A stretch of 64,000 nt of DNA from Candidatus Bathyarchaeota archaeon B26-2 (GCA_001593935.1 LUCE01000001.1:430-64429); one strand, 5' to 3'. Positions 38,627 through 48,083 are shown, numbered from the stretch's first letter. A program made the numbers and translations. Notes: a model not told the origin generated them from the sequence alone.

Positions 38627-39988
38627 TTGGTGGTGGCCTTGAACCTACTCATCTTGGGCGGAACAATCGTGACTATGAGCTCTAAAGGTGTTATAAGGGA
38701 TGGGGCTATAGCCGTAGAGGACAGGCATGTGGTCGACGTCGGTAAAAGCAGAGAACTCCGCCGCAAGTACAGGCGATACGAGACGATCAAAGCCGAAGGG
38801 AAGGTTGTGATCCCCGGACTCATAAGTACACATCACCATGCGGCCATGGGCCTCCTTAGGGGGTACGCCGACGACTACCCGCTAAAAGAGTGGCTTGAGA
38901 GGTGGATATGGCCGCTGGAGAGATGCATGAAGGGACACGACATATACGTTGGAGCTCTCTTGACAGCTGTTGAGTCGATCATGGGCGGCATAACGACCAT
39001 CAACACTATGTATCACTACGTTGAGGGCGGAAACGAGGCTCAAGGATTCGCCGAGGCAGGTTTAAGGGGCATCATAGGACATGTCTGTTTCTCTTGGCGT
39101 AAGGATGAGGACAGAAGAGCCCTCGAGTCCTTGGCTAGAGAATGGCATGGAAAGCACGACGGAAGAATACGTGTAAGCGTCGATCCTCACGCACCCTACA
39201 CCGTCGATCCGGAGTACATGGTTGAGCTGTGGCACATTAAGAATGACCTTAACGAGAGGTACGGTTCACCCGGTAACCCGGTGATATGGCATATCCATGT
39301 GGCCGAGACCGAGGATGAACCGGAGAAGATTAGGCAGGCCTTCAACGTGCCGGTCAAAGGCGGGGTAGTTGAATACTTAGACTCGCTCGGCGTGTTAGGC
39401 AAAGATGTCATCGCGGCTCACTGTGTCGCGTTGAATGAACGGGACATAACGATCCTAAGGGACCGGGATGTTAAGGTTTCCCATTGCCCCATCTCAAACT
39501 TGAAGTTGGCTTCCGGCGTCAGTCCAGTTCCTAGATTACTCGATGCCGGCGTAACGGTCTCTCTGGGTACCGATGGGCCGTCCTCAAATAATGCCTCCGA
39601 CATGTTCGAGGTTATGAAGATCGCGGCGCTCCTCCATAAAGGCGTCTGGAGGAACCCGACCCTTCTACCAGCCGAGAAAGTTTTGGGGATGGCGACGATC
39701 GAGGGTGCCAAGGCTCTCCTCTGGGAACGTGAGATAGGGTCCATCGAGGTGGGTAAGAAGGCTGACATAACGATTCTCAACTTCGATAAACCGCATCTCC
39801 GCCCCTTATATAACGAGCTCAGCCACCTCGTCTACGCGGCTAAGGCCTCTGACGTAGAGACCGTCGTCATCAACGGAGATATAGTGATGGAAAACCGTGA
39901 GGTCAAAACCGTAAATGTCCACCGCCTCTTAGAGGAGGCTGAGAAAACGAAGGAAGACCTCCTAAACCGCCTCTCTCAGAACCGATAA
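38627..39988 (+). CDS. Amidohydrolase, MTA/SAH (or 5'-deoxyadenosine) deaminase-like (MtaD/DadD family)
   Basis: VIPGLISTHHHAAMGLLRGYADD, HVAET, SLGTDGPSSNN, GKKADI motifs. 453 aa. Confidence 0.75.
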   Translation: MVVALNLLILGGTIVTMSSKGVIRDGAIAVEDRHVVDVGKSRELRRKYRRYETIKAEGKVVIPGLISTHHHAAMGLLRGYADDYPLKEWLERWIWPLERCMKGHDIYVGALLTAVESIMGGITTINTMYHYVEGGNEAQGFAEAGLRGIIGHVCFSWRKDEDRRALESLAREWHGKHDGRIRVSVDPHAPYTVDPEYMVELWHIKNDLNERYGSPGNPVIWHIHVAETEDEPEKIRQAFNVPVKGGVVEYLDSLGVLGKDVIAAHCVALNERDITILRDRDVKVSHCPISNLKLASGVSPVPRLLDAGVTVSLGTDGPSSNNASDMFEVMKIAALLHKGVWRNPTLLPAEKVLGMATIEGAKALLWEREIGSIEVGKKADITILNFDKPHLRPLYNELSHLVYAAKASDVETVVINGDIVMENREVKTVNVHRLLEEAEKTKEDLLNRLSQNR

Positions 39989-40064
39989 GTTGAAGACGAG
40001 GATTCAGTGTCACAACAACTGATTTATTTTGAGAGGTCGGTATTAATTTAGCAGGTGGATAATT

Positions 40065-40589
40065 ATGTGCGTGCTCGGCAAAGATAAGCTGCTCGAACTG
40101 ATAGAGAAATACAAGTGTATATACCCCTTTGACCTGAACCTTCTTGACGGCGACAGCTACGTCCTCACCGTCAAGAACGAGACGACTCTGCAGTACTTGG
40201 AGCACCGGAACCTGATCTCCAACGAGGTCGTCTTCACGCCGCCGGGCTACATTGCCCACTTGACGGCGAAGAGCAAGTATGGTAGGGCAGGCCTCTCCTT
40301 CCTGAACGCGGCCAAGGTTCACAGCGGCTTCGTCGGAAGGCTTGCACTGGAGCTCGTCAACCTAAGCAACGATAGGTCTCCTATCACGATAAAACGTGGA
40401 GACCCACTAATGCACATAGAGTACATAACGAGGATTGGGGAGCCTTCACCATACTTAGGCGAGTACCAGTTCCAGTACATGACGGATGAAGAGATCGAGA
40501 TGTACATCCCGATCCTTAAGGAGGTCTTTCAAGAGAGCTACGAAGATTTAGCCAAGGTGTGGTTCAAGAATAAACCTTTAAGGGAGTAA
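40065..40589 (+). CDS. dCTP deaminase/dUTPase-superfamily protein (divergent Dcd-like)
   Basis: LTAKSKYGRAGLSF...HSGFVGRLALELVNLS...IKRGDPLMHIEY matches the Dcd core pattern (SSxxRxG...DxGFxGxxTLEL). The C-terminal 50 aa are atypical. Confidence 0.5.
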   Translation: MCVLGKDKLLELIEKYKCIYPFDLNLLDGDSYVLTVKNETTLQYLEHRNLISNEVVFTPPGYIAHLTAKSKYGRAGLSFLNAAKVHSGFVGRLALELVNLSNDRSPITIKRGDPLMHIEYITRIGEPSPYLGEYQFQYMTDEEIEMYIPILKEVFQESYEDLAKVWFKNKPLRE

Positions 40590-40655
40590 CTCAACCTCGC
40601 TTCTTAGATTAAGATTTAAATATCACCATCCTCGTCTATGCTGAGGGGAGCTTCC

Positions 40656-41156
40656 ATGAAGGCAAGCAATTACCGCGAGGTCAAAGGCGTTCCGTACACT
40701 AGAAAGGAGTATTCACGTGGGGTCCCACAGCCTAGGATAACGAAGTTCACGATGGGAGACCCTTCAGGCGACTTCGAGCATAGACTCCTCTTGGTGAGTG
40801 AGAAGAAGACCCAGATAAGACATAACGCCCTCGAGGCAGCACGCATCGCAACTAACCGGTACCTCCAAGAAAAACTTGGGACAAACAGCTACTTCCTGAG
40901 GATATTACCTTACCCACATGTGATCCTCAGGGAGAACAAGATGCTCTTCGGGGCGCACGCGGACAGGCTTCAAGACGGCATGAGGAAAGCCTTCGGGAAG
41001 CCCGTGGGGACGGCTGCTAGGGTTGGGACTAACCAACCTGTGATCTTAGTCTATGTGAATAAGGACGGGGTTGAGGCGGCGAAGGAAGCCTTAAGAAGAG
41101 GAGCCGCCAAACTCCCTAACACATATAGGATAGTCATAGAGAAGGTTAAAGATTAG
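40656..41156 (+). CDS. rpl10e: 50S ribosomal protein uL16 (L10e)
   Basis: PYTRKEYSRGVPQPRITKFTMGD, RLQDGMRKAFGKPVGTAARV. ATG 40656 is preceded by GAGGGGAG; the ORF opens at 40638. Confidence 0.85.
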   Translation: MKASNYREVKGVPYTRKEYSRGVPQPRITKFTMGDPSGDFEHRLLLVSEKKTQIRHNALEAARIATNRYLQEKLGTNSYFLRILPYPHVILRENKMLFGAHADRLQDGMRKAFGKPVGTAARVGTNQPVILVYVNKDGVEAAKEALRRGAAKLPNTYRIVIEKVKD

Positions 41157-41182
41157 AAGAGAGTATCCGGAGGTAAGGAGGT

Positions 41183-43621
41183 TTGGCATCCAAGAAAGAG
41201 AAACTGATCCTGTGGTTCGAGGAACTCGGGAAGGAGGATATACCGCTCGTAGGGGGAAAGAACGCCAATCTAGGCGAGATGACCAAAGCCGGCATACCGG
41301 TTCCACCAGGATTCGCGATAACGGCCTACGCGTACCAGAAGTACCTTAAGGAGACCGGGATAGCGGAGAAGATTTATCAGACGATCGAGGAGACGGTGAC
41401 CGATCCAAACGACCCCAAACAGTACGAAGCAGCCTCGAAGGAGGTTAGGAAGCTCATCGAGTCGACGCCGATGCCGAAGGAGATCGACGAGGCGATAAGG
41501 AAGGCCTACGCCGAGCTCAGCAAGAAGACTCGAGTGGTCGACGTGTTCGTAGCGGTCAGGTCGAGTGCGACCGCTGAAGACCTACCGGACGCCTCCTTCG
41601 CGGGGCAGCAAGAGACCTATCTGAACGTGAAGGGAGATGACGAACTCATCGAGAAGACTGTGAAGTGTTGGTCCAGTCTCTTCACGCCGAGAGCCATCTT
41701 CTACAGAACGCAGAAAGGGTTCAAGCATGAAGATGTGCTCATCAGCGTCGGAGTTCAGAAGATGGTGAACGCCAAGGCTGCTGGAGTAGCCTTCACAATA
41801 AACCCTGTGACCGGAGACCCCTCTCAGATCGTTATAGAGGGGAACTGGGGGCTCGGCGAATCGGTGGTCTCTGGAGCCGTGACTCCAGACGATTACATAG
41901 TGGACAAGGAGACCCTGAAGGTAATCGACAAGAGAATCGCCAAGAAGACCGTTGAGTACGTACGCGACCCCGAGACAGGTAAGACGATACACGCGGAGGT
42001 TCCTCCTGAGAGGCAGAACCAGCCTTGCCTAACGGACGAGGAGATACTCCACCTAGCTGAACTCGCCAAGAAGATCGAGAAGCATTATGGCAGACCTCAA
42101 GACATAGAGTGGGCGATCGACAAAGACCTCCCCTTCCCCGAGAACATCTTCATCGTCCAATCGAGGCCTGAAACCGTCTGGAGCGTGAAGGCGCCACCGA
42201 CCGAGGAGGAGAAGGTGAGCGTCACAACAACTGAGAGAGTTGTGACCCTAAGAGGGCTTCCTGCCAGTCCAGGTATATACGCTGGAACTGCCAAGGTCGT
42301 CTTGACAACCGAGGACGCTGATAGGCTAGTGAAGAAGGGTGACATTCTCGTGACGAAGATGACTAATCCCGACTGGGTTCCGTACATGCGTGTAGCCGGA
42401 GCCATAGTCACGGATGATGGAGGGATGACCTGCCACGCAGCGATAGTCTCGAGGGAACTCGGCATACCCTGTATAGTCGGAACTGGGAACGCTACCCAGA
42501 CGATGAAGACTGGAGAGGACTACACCGTGGACGCCAAGACGGGAGTCGTCTACGAGGGGATAGTTGAAGAAGCCGTTAAGCCGGCCGCCCCGACCGCAGC
42601 CGCGGGTTTAGCTCCAACGGTGACCGAGCTCGTCCCCGTGACGGGAACAAAGGTCTACATGAACTTGGGTGTACCCGAGAAGATCGATGACTACAAGGAC
42701 CTCCCCTTCGACGGGATAGGATTGATGCGTGTCGAGTTCATAATGGCCTCTTATATAGGTGAACACCCGAACTACCTGATCGAGACCGGTCAGGAAGCGA
42801 AGTTCGTCGATCAGATGGCTGAAGGGATCGCGCATGTAGCTAGGGCGATCTTCCCACGTCCAGTAGTTGTCCGACTGAGCGACTTCAAGACGAATGAGTA
42901 TAGGCAACTGAAGGGAGGCGAGAAGTATGAGCCTCACGAGGACAACCCGATGATGGGCTGGAGAGGTGTAAGCAGATACATCAGCGAACAATATAGAGAC
43001 GCCTTCAGGCTTGAGTGCAAGGCTATAAAGAAGGTTAGAGACGAGTGGAACCTGACGAACGTCTGGGTTATGCTTCCCTTTGTGAGGTGCACATGGGAGG
43101 TAAAGGAATGTCTCCGCATACTCAAAGAGGAGGGCTTGGAGAGAGGACGAGACTTCAAGATATGGCTTATGGCCGAGGTTCCGAGCATAATCTTCATGGC
43201 CGACGAGTTCTCCAAGCTCTGCGACGGCTTCAGCATAGGGAGCAACGACCTAACTCAGCTAGTATTAGGAACGGATAGGGACAGCCAGATACTCCCCGCC
43301 ATAGACAGCCGATACTTCGATGAGAGGGACCCAGCCGTCAGACGGGCCATAGCCCACTTAATAAAGGTAGCCCACGAGAACGGCGTTCCCGTAAGCATCT
43401 GTGGACAGGCTCCATCAGTCTATCCTGAGTTCACGGAGTTCCTGATCCGATGCGGCATAGACAGCGTCAGCGTTAACCCAGACGTTGTTATTAGAACTAG
43501 GAAGCTCGTCGCCAGCATCGAACAGAAGATACTGCTCGAACGCCTAGCCGAGGCTAGAGACAGTCTCAGAAAGATGGGTGCCGAGAAATCTACATCTAAA
43601 GAGACCCAATTTCACCTCTGA
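41183..43621 (+). CDS. ppsA: Phosphoenolpyruvate synthase
   Basis: 812 aa. GGKNANLGEM, phosphohistidine motif GGMTCHAAIVSRELGIPC, and a C-terminal PEP-utilising TIM domain with GSNDLTQ. TTG start preceded by AGGAGG. Confidence 0.9.
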   Translation: MASKKEKLILWFEELGKEDIPLVGGKNANLGEMTKAGIPVPPGFAITAYAYQKYLKETGIAEKIYQTIEETVTDPNDPKQYEAASKEVRKLIESTPMPKEIDEAIRKAYAELSKKTRVVDVFVAVRSSATAEDLPDASFAGQQETYLNVKGDDELIEKTVKCWSSLFTPRAIFYRTQKGFKHEDVLISVGVQKMVNAKAAGVAFTINPVTGDPSQIVIEGNWGLGESVVSGAVTPDDYIVDKETLKVIDKRIAKKTVEYVRDPETGKTIHAEVPPERQNQPCLTDEEILHLAELAKKIEKHYGRPQDIEWAIDKDLPFPENIFIVQSRPETVWSVKAPPTEEEKVSVTTTERVVTLRGLPASPGIYAGTAKVVLTTEDADRLVKKGDILVTKMTNPDWVPYMRVAGAIVTDDGGMTCHAAIVSRELGIPCIVGTGNATQTMKTGEDYTVDAKTGVVYEGIVEEAVKPAAPTAAAGLAPTVTELVPVTGTKVYMNLGVPEKIDDYKDLPFDGIGLMRVEFIMASYIGEHPNYLIETGQEAKFVDQMAEGIAHVARAIFPRPVVVRLSDFKTNEYRQLKGGEKYEPHEDNPMMGWRGVSRYISEQYRDAFRLECKAIKKVRDEWNLTNVWVMLPFVRCTWEVKECLRILKEEGLERGRDFKIWLMAEVPSIIFMADEFSKLCDGFSIGSNDLTQLVLGTDRDSQILPAIDSRYFDERDPAVRRAIAHLIKVAHENGVPVSICGQAPSVYPEFTEFLIRCGIDSVSVNPDVVIRTRKLVASIEQKILLERLAEARDSLRKMGAEKSTSKETQFHL

Positions 43622-43666
43622 GCGGTGACGAGAGCGTAAGGATTAGTCGATTCGAGAACCTCACTC

Positions 43667-43678
43667 TTTTTATTTATT
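43667..43678 (+). terminator. T-rich archaeal terminator candidate after ppsA
   Basis: TTTTTATTTATT, 45 nt after the ppsA stop. Confidence 0.3.
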
Positions 43679-43748
43679 GATTGGATAACGCCTCATACCA
43701 TCTCTTCTCTACATGGTCATTGATTAGAGTATAGAAAGGCGGAGAGAG

Positions 43749-44771
43749 ATGACAGGGGAGACATTCGACCTCGAAGATGAGAGACTCAAGGAAGAGATAC
43801 GGAAACGCGGGGCTAAAAGAGTTCTGATACAGCTACCAGAGGGACTGAAGCGTGAGGGACCCCGCTTGGCTAGGATGGCTGAAGAATCTGGAGCGCTCCC
43901 GATCATCTCCGCAGACCCATGCTATGGAGCCTGCGACCTACCGTTCTACGAGGCCGAGGTTCTCCGAGCAGACCTCATCATCCACTATGGCCACACAGAG
44001 ATAGAGTCTTCTACGCCTACAGGCGTCCCGATCGTCTACATGGAGGCTAGAGCCAAGATCGATGTTGAGAGGTCGGTTAAGAACGCCTTGGAGTACCTTG
44101 AGCCGTGGAGCGTGGTCGGTTTATCGACGGTTGTCCAGCACGTCCATGAACTGGACAGGGTTAGGGCTCTGCTGAATGCTGCGGGTAAGACCGTTGTGGT
44201 TGGGGATGCTGGAAGGCTTAAGTATCCGGGACAAGTTATAGGCTGCGACTACAGTAATGCTGAGGCCATCTCAAGCGACGTTGAGGCCTTCCTATTTCTC
44301 GGAGGGGGGAGGTTCCACGCCTTAGGGTTGGCCTTGGCCACCGCGAAGCCCGTCGTCGTAGCCGACCCCTATGAAGGAAGAGCCTACCCTATACGTAAAG
44401 AGGACGCCCAGAGGGTGGTTAGGCAGAGGTGGGTAACAATCTCTCAAGCCAAGGAAGCGGAGAACTTCGCAGTGATAATCGGGTTGAAGAGCGGACAGAT
44501 GGCGCTGGACCCCGCCCTCAAGATCAAGAGGTACCTAGAAGAAGCCGGAAAGAATGCAGTTCTACTGGCTATGAGAGAGATCACTCCGGAGGCCCTCCAA
44601 GAGTTTCCATCAATAGAGGCCTTTGTGAACACGGCTTGTCCAAGGGTCTCCTTCGACGAAGCGTCGATCTTTCGGAGGCCCGTCCTAATTGTTGGGGAAG
44701 CCCTAGTGATGCTTGGAAGGGCTAAGTGGGAGGAACTACTCGAGGGAGGATGGTTCAAGAAGTTCCTCTAA
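43749..44771 (+). CDS. dph2: Diphthamide synthesis protein Dph2 (2-(3-amino-3-carboxypropyl)histidine synthase)
   Basis: 340 aa. RVLIQLPEGLK...DPCYGACD...GGGRFH pattern of archaeal Dph2. Confidence 0.8.
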   Translation: MTGETFDLEDERLKEEIRKRGAKRVLIQLPEGLKREGPRLARMAEESGALPIISADPCYGACDLPFYEAEVLRADLIIHYGHTEIESSTPTGVPIVYMEARAKIDVERSVKNALEYLEPWSVVGLSTVVQHVHELDRVRALLNAAGKTVVVGDAGRLKYPGQVIGCDYSNAEAISSDVEAFLFLGGGRFHALGLALATAKPVVVADPYEGRAYPIRKEDAQRVVRQRWVTISQAKEAENFAVIIGLKSGQMALDPALKIKRYLEEAGKNAVLLAMREITPEALQEFPSIEAFVNTACPRVSFDEASIFRRPVLIVGEALVMLGRAKWEELLEGGWFKKFL

Positions 44772-44784
44772 AGGGCGGTTTACC

Positions 44785-45114
44785 TCACCATTTCACATCG
44801 AGATACTGAGATATCCGTTCCTTTAAGACCTTCACCAACTCTGGGTCGTTCCTTACGTACATGTTTGGGATTCCTAGGACGAATACCTTATTCTTCGCTG
44901 AAGGAGATATCCCCAAGATCGCGGTTTTATGAATCTCTTCCATAGCGAATATGATGTCAGCCCAGTCGATTAGGTTCTTTGAGAGCCTCCGTCTGGCGCC
45001 TATGAGGATTCCGGCGGACTTGGCCTCGAAGCCTTCTTTGCCCTTCAGTAGGGCTTCAGCCGTGGGGCTTCTGTCGAGGTTACCGCTGCAGACGAAGAGT
45101 ATCTTCTTAACCAT
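44785..45114 (-). CDS. Low-molecular-weight phosphotyrosine phosphatase/ArsC-superfamily protein
   Basis: Starts at the internal ATG (MVKKILFVCSGNLDRSPTAE), giving the C-x5-R-S P-loop near the N-terminus. The longer ORF to 45216 would overlap the upstream gene. Confidence 0.65.
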   Translation of the reverse strand: MVKKILFVCSGNLDRSPTAEALLKGKEGFEAKSAGILIGARRRLSKNLIDWADIIFAMEEIHKTAILGISPSAKNKVFVLGIPNMYVRNDPELVKVLKERISQYLDVKW

Positions 45115-45136
45115 TCTCGGAGAGCCACCTTCGACG

Positions 45137-46429
45137 TTAGAAGCCCGGCAGGCTTTCGTCCTCCTTCTTCCTGTAACTCTCAAGTATGCGTTCCCAGAGC
45201 CACTTAGGCTTCTCAACCTCGCCCAAAGCCATGAGTATACCCTGCTTTACGTCGTAGTCGTATACTGGACAGAAATCGACGAATATGCCTTCATCCGCAT
45301 ACTTTTTGAGGCATCCCCCAAGGATAACGTTGACCTTCCCCGGAACAGGTTTGGCCTCCGGACCGACGACGATGGCCATTTCGGGGCCTTTGGATATCTT
45401 GTCTACCCCTATACTCTTTATGGCTGTGGTCAACTTGTAGACGCAGCTCGAGCAGGGGTTCCCCATGACGACCTCCACGTTCTCGGCTCTCTTCAGGAGC
45501 CTCCGAGGATCCGTGTTGTAACCCTTAAGCCTAAAGACTTTCCGTCCCTCTTTTCGCCCTATCTCCTTGATCTCCTCGAGGGTCGAACCTATAATCTCGA
45601 TCTTCTCTGGATCGATCTCCCCAACCCCTAGTTCATGCGTGTATCTTATGTGCTCTATGCGGTATGGGTCGTATCCCATCCTTATCGTTGCGATTGAGTC
45701 CGCTGCAACAGGGTCGTCTCCGGCTATTATTATGCCTAAGGGTTGAAGTCCGACGTGTGGTGCACCTATAGCTGTTGTGCCGTCTATGACCGCGAGTTTC
45801 GTCCCCACAATCTTGTTCAGCTCGGCTAAGGTCCAGTTTAGGCTCTTCCTGTGGCCTAGATGCCTCTGGGTTGGGGGTATCGTCCCCCAAAGGTTCTTTA
45901 TGCTCAGCGAGACCATGCAGAGGGCGTGAGCCCTCATTATAGGGACGCTGACGACGCAATCCGCGTCTAGAACAGTCTTCGCTATCCTTAAGGTTTCGCA
46001 TCCCCTAGCGTTCTCAACCTCGACGGTTACTTGTTCGTCTCTCCTGAAGTTGACAAATTTGGCTCCAGCCCTCTTGGCAACGTCCTCCATCTCGTACTTC
46101 TTGAACTCTTCGCTGGAGTTCGTGTCGACGAGAGGGTTCTCTCCGATCACAACGTCGCATCCCAGATCCACGAAGATCTTCGCCACAGCGTAGAGGACGC
46201 GTCTATCGACGCTCCATTCACGGCTACCGTAAACTATGTTGGGTTTTATGAGGACCTTTTCCCCGGATTTGGCGAACCTCTCCGGCCCTCCAATCAGGTC
46301 GATACTCCTCCGGACTCCCTCGAAGACCTCTTCATCCCAACCCTTCAAGGGAACCTTAACAAGGGATACTTTTGGTTTCAACCCGCTTCTCCCCGATGTC
46401 GATATCATTAATTGGGGAAGGTTGTCCAC
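45137..46429 (-). CDS. DUF362-domain protein with Cys-containing C-terminal extension
   Basis: VSLVKV...GEKVLIKPNIV..., then MRAH and VIDG-type DUF362 pattern. C-terminal GNPCSSCV...GGC...FCP. Start may be the internal Met at 46408. Confidence 0.55.
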   Translation of the reverse strand: MDNLPQLMISTSGRSGLKPKVSLVKVPLKGWDEEVFEGVRRSIDLIGGPERFAKSGEKVLIKPNIVYGSREWSVDRRVLYAVAKIFVDLGCDVVIGENPLVDTNSSEEFKKYEMEDVAKRAGAKFVNFRRDEQVTVEVENARGCETLRIAKTVLDADCVVSVPIMRAHALCMVSLSIKNLWGTIPPTQRHLGHRKSLNWTLAELNKIVGTKLAVIDGTTAIGAPHVGLQPLGIIIAGDDPVAADSIATIRMGYDPYRIEHIRYTHELGVGEIDPEKIEIIGSTLEEIKEIGRKEGRKVFRLKGYNTDPRRLLKRAENVEVVMGNPCSSCVYKLTTAIKSIGVDKISKGPEMAIVVGPEAKPVPGKVNVILGGCLKKYADEGIFVDFCPVYDYDVKQGILMALGEVEKPKWLWERILESYRKKEDESLPGF

Positions 46430-46587
46430 CCTCCAATAATACTTTTACTCTTCCTAAGTGTTTCCTAAAGAGAAGCCTCACCCCAATTCTCCGATGACAT
46501 TGGTCGAAGGGTGTCAGTTTAAGGTTTAGCAGGATGCTGAACACAAAACGATTCATAGAAAAAATGGAACGGGGTTTGTTGGAGGCC

Positions 46588-46743
46588 TTAATGCTCTTCG
46601 CTGAAGTGTTTAAGACTTGAAACGATCTTGTCGCATAAGAAACAGTAAATCTGCTTCTTCCTGAAGCCCTTGCTAACGATTGTTCCTACATGCTCGTTCT
46701 TCTCGTTAATCACCCGGTCTTTATCAATTTTCACGTCCAACAT
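46588..46743 (-). CDS. Speculative 51-aa ORF with C-x2-C-x7-H-x4-H motif
   Basis: Hand-translated as MLDVKIDKDRVINEKNEHVGTIVSKGFRKKQIYCFLCDKIVSSLKHFSEEH. It is below the ORF-track cutoff. A CATAATAA TATA-like box lies about 22 nt upstream. Confidence 0.15.
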   Translation of the reverse strand: MLDVKIDKDRVINEKNEHVGTIVSKGFRKKQIYCFLCDKIVSSLKHFSEEH

Positions 46744-47053
46744 GTTCACAAGCTGAAACGTTATTATGAATCAAGAGAGGAGTGCGTTTAGTTTTTATCT
46801 TTTTCGGTTTCTTCCGGGATGTCGCCGAGGGGGGGGACACGGTGTAGACTTGTCGGAGATTAGAATTAAGGGTTGAAGATTCAGTTTGCAGCCTTTTGGG
46901 GATGTCGGAAAACCTAACCGAGAAAGTGTTGGTGTGTGCATATTTCTGTCTCTATTAGAGGGGGTATGAAACTTGACGGTACTCTTCGAGAACAATTAAT
47001 TGAGGAGAAAAAGGGTGTAATGGAGCTAAGAGGTTGGAAGGATACCTCTTCCT

Positions 47054-47389
47054 TTAGATTGTTCCCTCGAACTCCGCCGTGTATGAACCTAACGGTTCAA
47101 CATTGCAGACGACCTTTACCTTGTGTGGGCCTCGTTTTATGGGTTCGTCAAGTTTAATGGTGACCAGCACCTCGTCGCCGTAGTCGGAAGTGACGAACAT
47201 GTAAGGCCTTACTTGTCTAGCCTCCTGCGTCCCTATCTTCATGGTCAACTTATCGGTGACATCCTTTCCGTCGAGGAGAACCTTCACACCAATGTATCCG
47301 GAACCCGATTCCACATGGTTTATCAGTTTAAACTCAAGCGCGTCTTCGTCCACCCTCTTCAGACTGCCCTCAACATAATCTAGGGACAT
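47054..47389 (-). CDS. Hypothetical beta-rich protein (111 aa from internal ATG)
   Basis: Protein-like sequence from MSLDYVEG. The 34 residues upstream in the ORF look non-coding. Confidence 0.35.
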   Translation of the reverse strand: MSLDYVEGSLKRVDEDALEFKLINHVESGSGYIGVKVLLDGKDVTDKLTMKIGTQEARQVRPYMFVTSDYGDEVLVTIKLDEPIKRGPHKVKVVCNVEPLGSYTAEFEGTI

Positions 47390-47555
47390 GAACAACCCAA
47401 CCCCTCCACCACTTACAGCCTCTTTGAATAAAAAGGTTTTTCTTAAAAACCTCATAATATTATGAAAAGTCAAGTGCATCAACGCTTCCACGGCAAATGT
47501 TTATAAAGGTTCAAGGTTATCGTTCTTATTCTAAGCAACAGTTGAGGTATCTTCC

Positions 47556-48083
47556 TTGGCTAAGGAAGGAAGAGAAGCCCGAGAGACCTTGGACGTCGTT
47601 AAGGCCTTGAGGGTTGACCCTAACTTCAAGTACGAGGTCATGGAGTCTCCGGGCGGAGAGACTCTCAAAGTCTGTTTTCAGTGCGGCACTTGCACCTCGA
47701 GTTGTCCTGTAGCTAGGTTCACCCACTCTTATAGACCTAGGCACCTGATCCGCATGGCCCAGCTCGGATTAAGGAACCCCGTTCTCTCAAGCGATACGCT
47801 CTGGCTCTGTGCAGCATGCTTTACCTGTACCGATCGATGCCCCCAAGGCGTCGAGGTTTCTTCCGTCCTTAGAGTGCTCAGGAACCTAGCGGTCTCGAAA
47901 GGGTTCATTCCGGAAGCCTATAAGAGGATGGTTGAGACGATCCTATCTACCGGTTACGCGTATAGGATACCGAAGATAAGGTTCACGAAGAGAGAGGCGC
48001 TCGGCCTTCCGCCCTTACCGAAAGGCAGCGTCGAGAATCTCTCAAAGATCTCTAAGATTATGGGCTTCTCCGAGGAGGAATGA
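47556..48083 (+). CDS. Heterodisulfide reductase subunit C-like 2x[4Fe-4S] protein
   Basis: CFQCGTCTSSCP and CAACFTCTDRCP motifs with HdrC-like spacing and length. TTG start. Confidence 0.65.
   Translation: MAKEGREARETLDVVKALRVDPNFKYEVMESPGGETLKVCFQCGTCTSSCPVARFTHSYRPRHLIRMAQLGLRNPVLSSDTLWLCAACFTCTDRCPQGVEVSSVLRVLRNLAVSKGFIPEAYKRMVETILSTGYAYRIPKIRFTKREALGLPPLPKGSVENLSKISKIMGFSEEE

Noticed and set aside
40065-40589. The Dcd-like gene as an anti-viral dCTP-depleting defence deaminase.
   Set aside because: It lacks the extra N-terminal domain I recall in the defence deaminases and sits among housekeeping genes. It is more simply a divergent housekeeping Dcd.
45115-45216. N-terminal 34-residue extension of the LMW-PTP-like ORF.
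   Set aside because: It would overlap the DUF362 stop by 80 nt, and the extension is Arg/Gly-rich. The internal ATG places the C-x5-R P-loop at the canonical N-terminal position.
44951-46001. 226-aa (+) and 122-aa (-) ORFs overlapping the LMW-PTP and DUF362 genes.
   Set aside because: These are shadow frames of supported genes, with low-complexity Arg/Pro/Leu-rich translations.
46816-46910. G-run plus repeated GGGATGTCG as ORB/mini-ORB elements of a replication origin.
   Set aside because: There is no orc1/cdc6 gene adjacent. The repeats are short, in direct rather than inverted orientation, and there is no obvious AT-rich unwinding element between them. Kept only as a low-interest regulatory-motif note.
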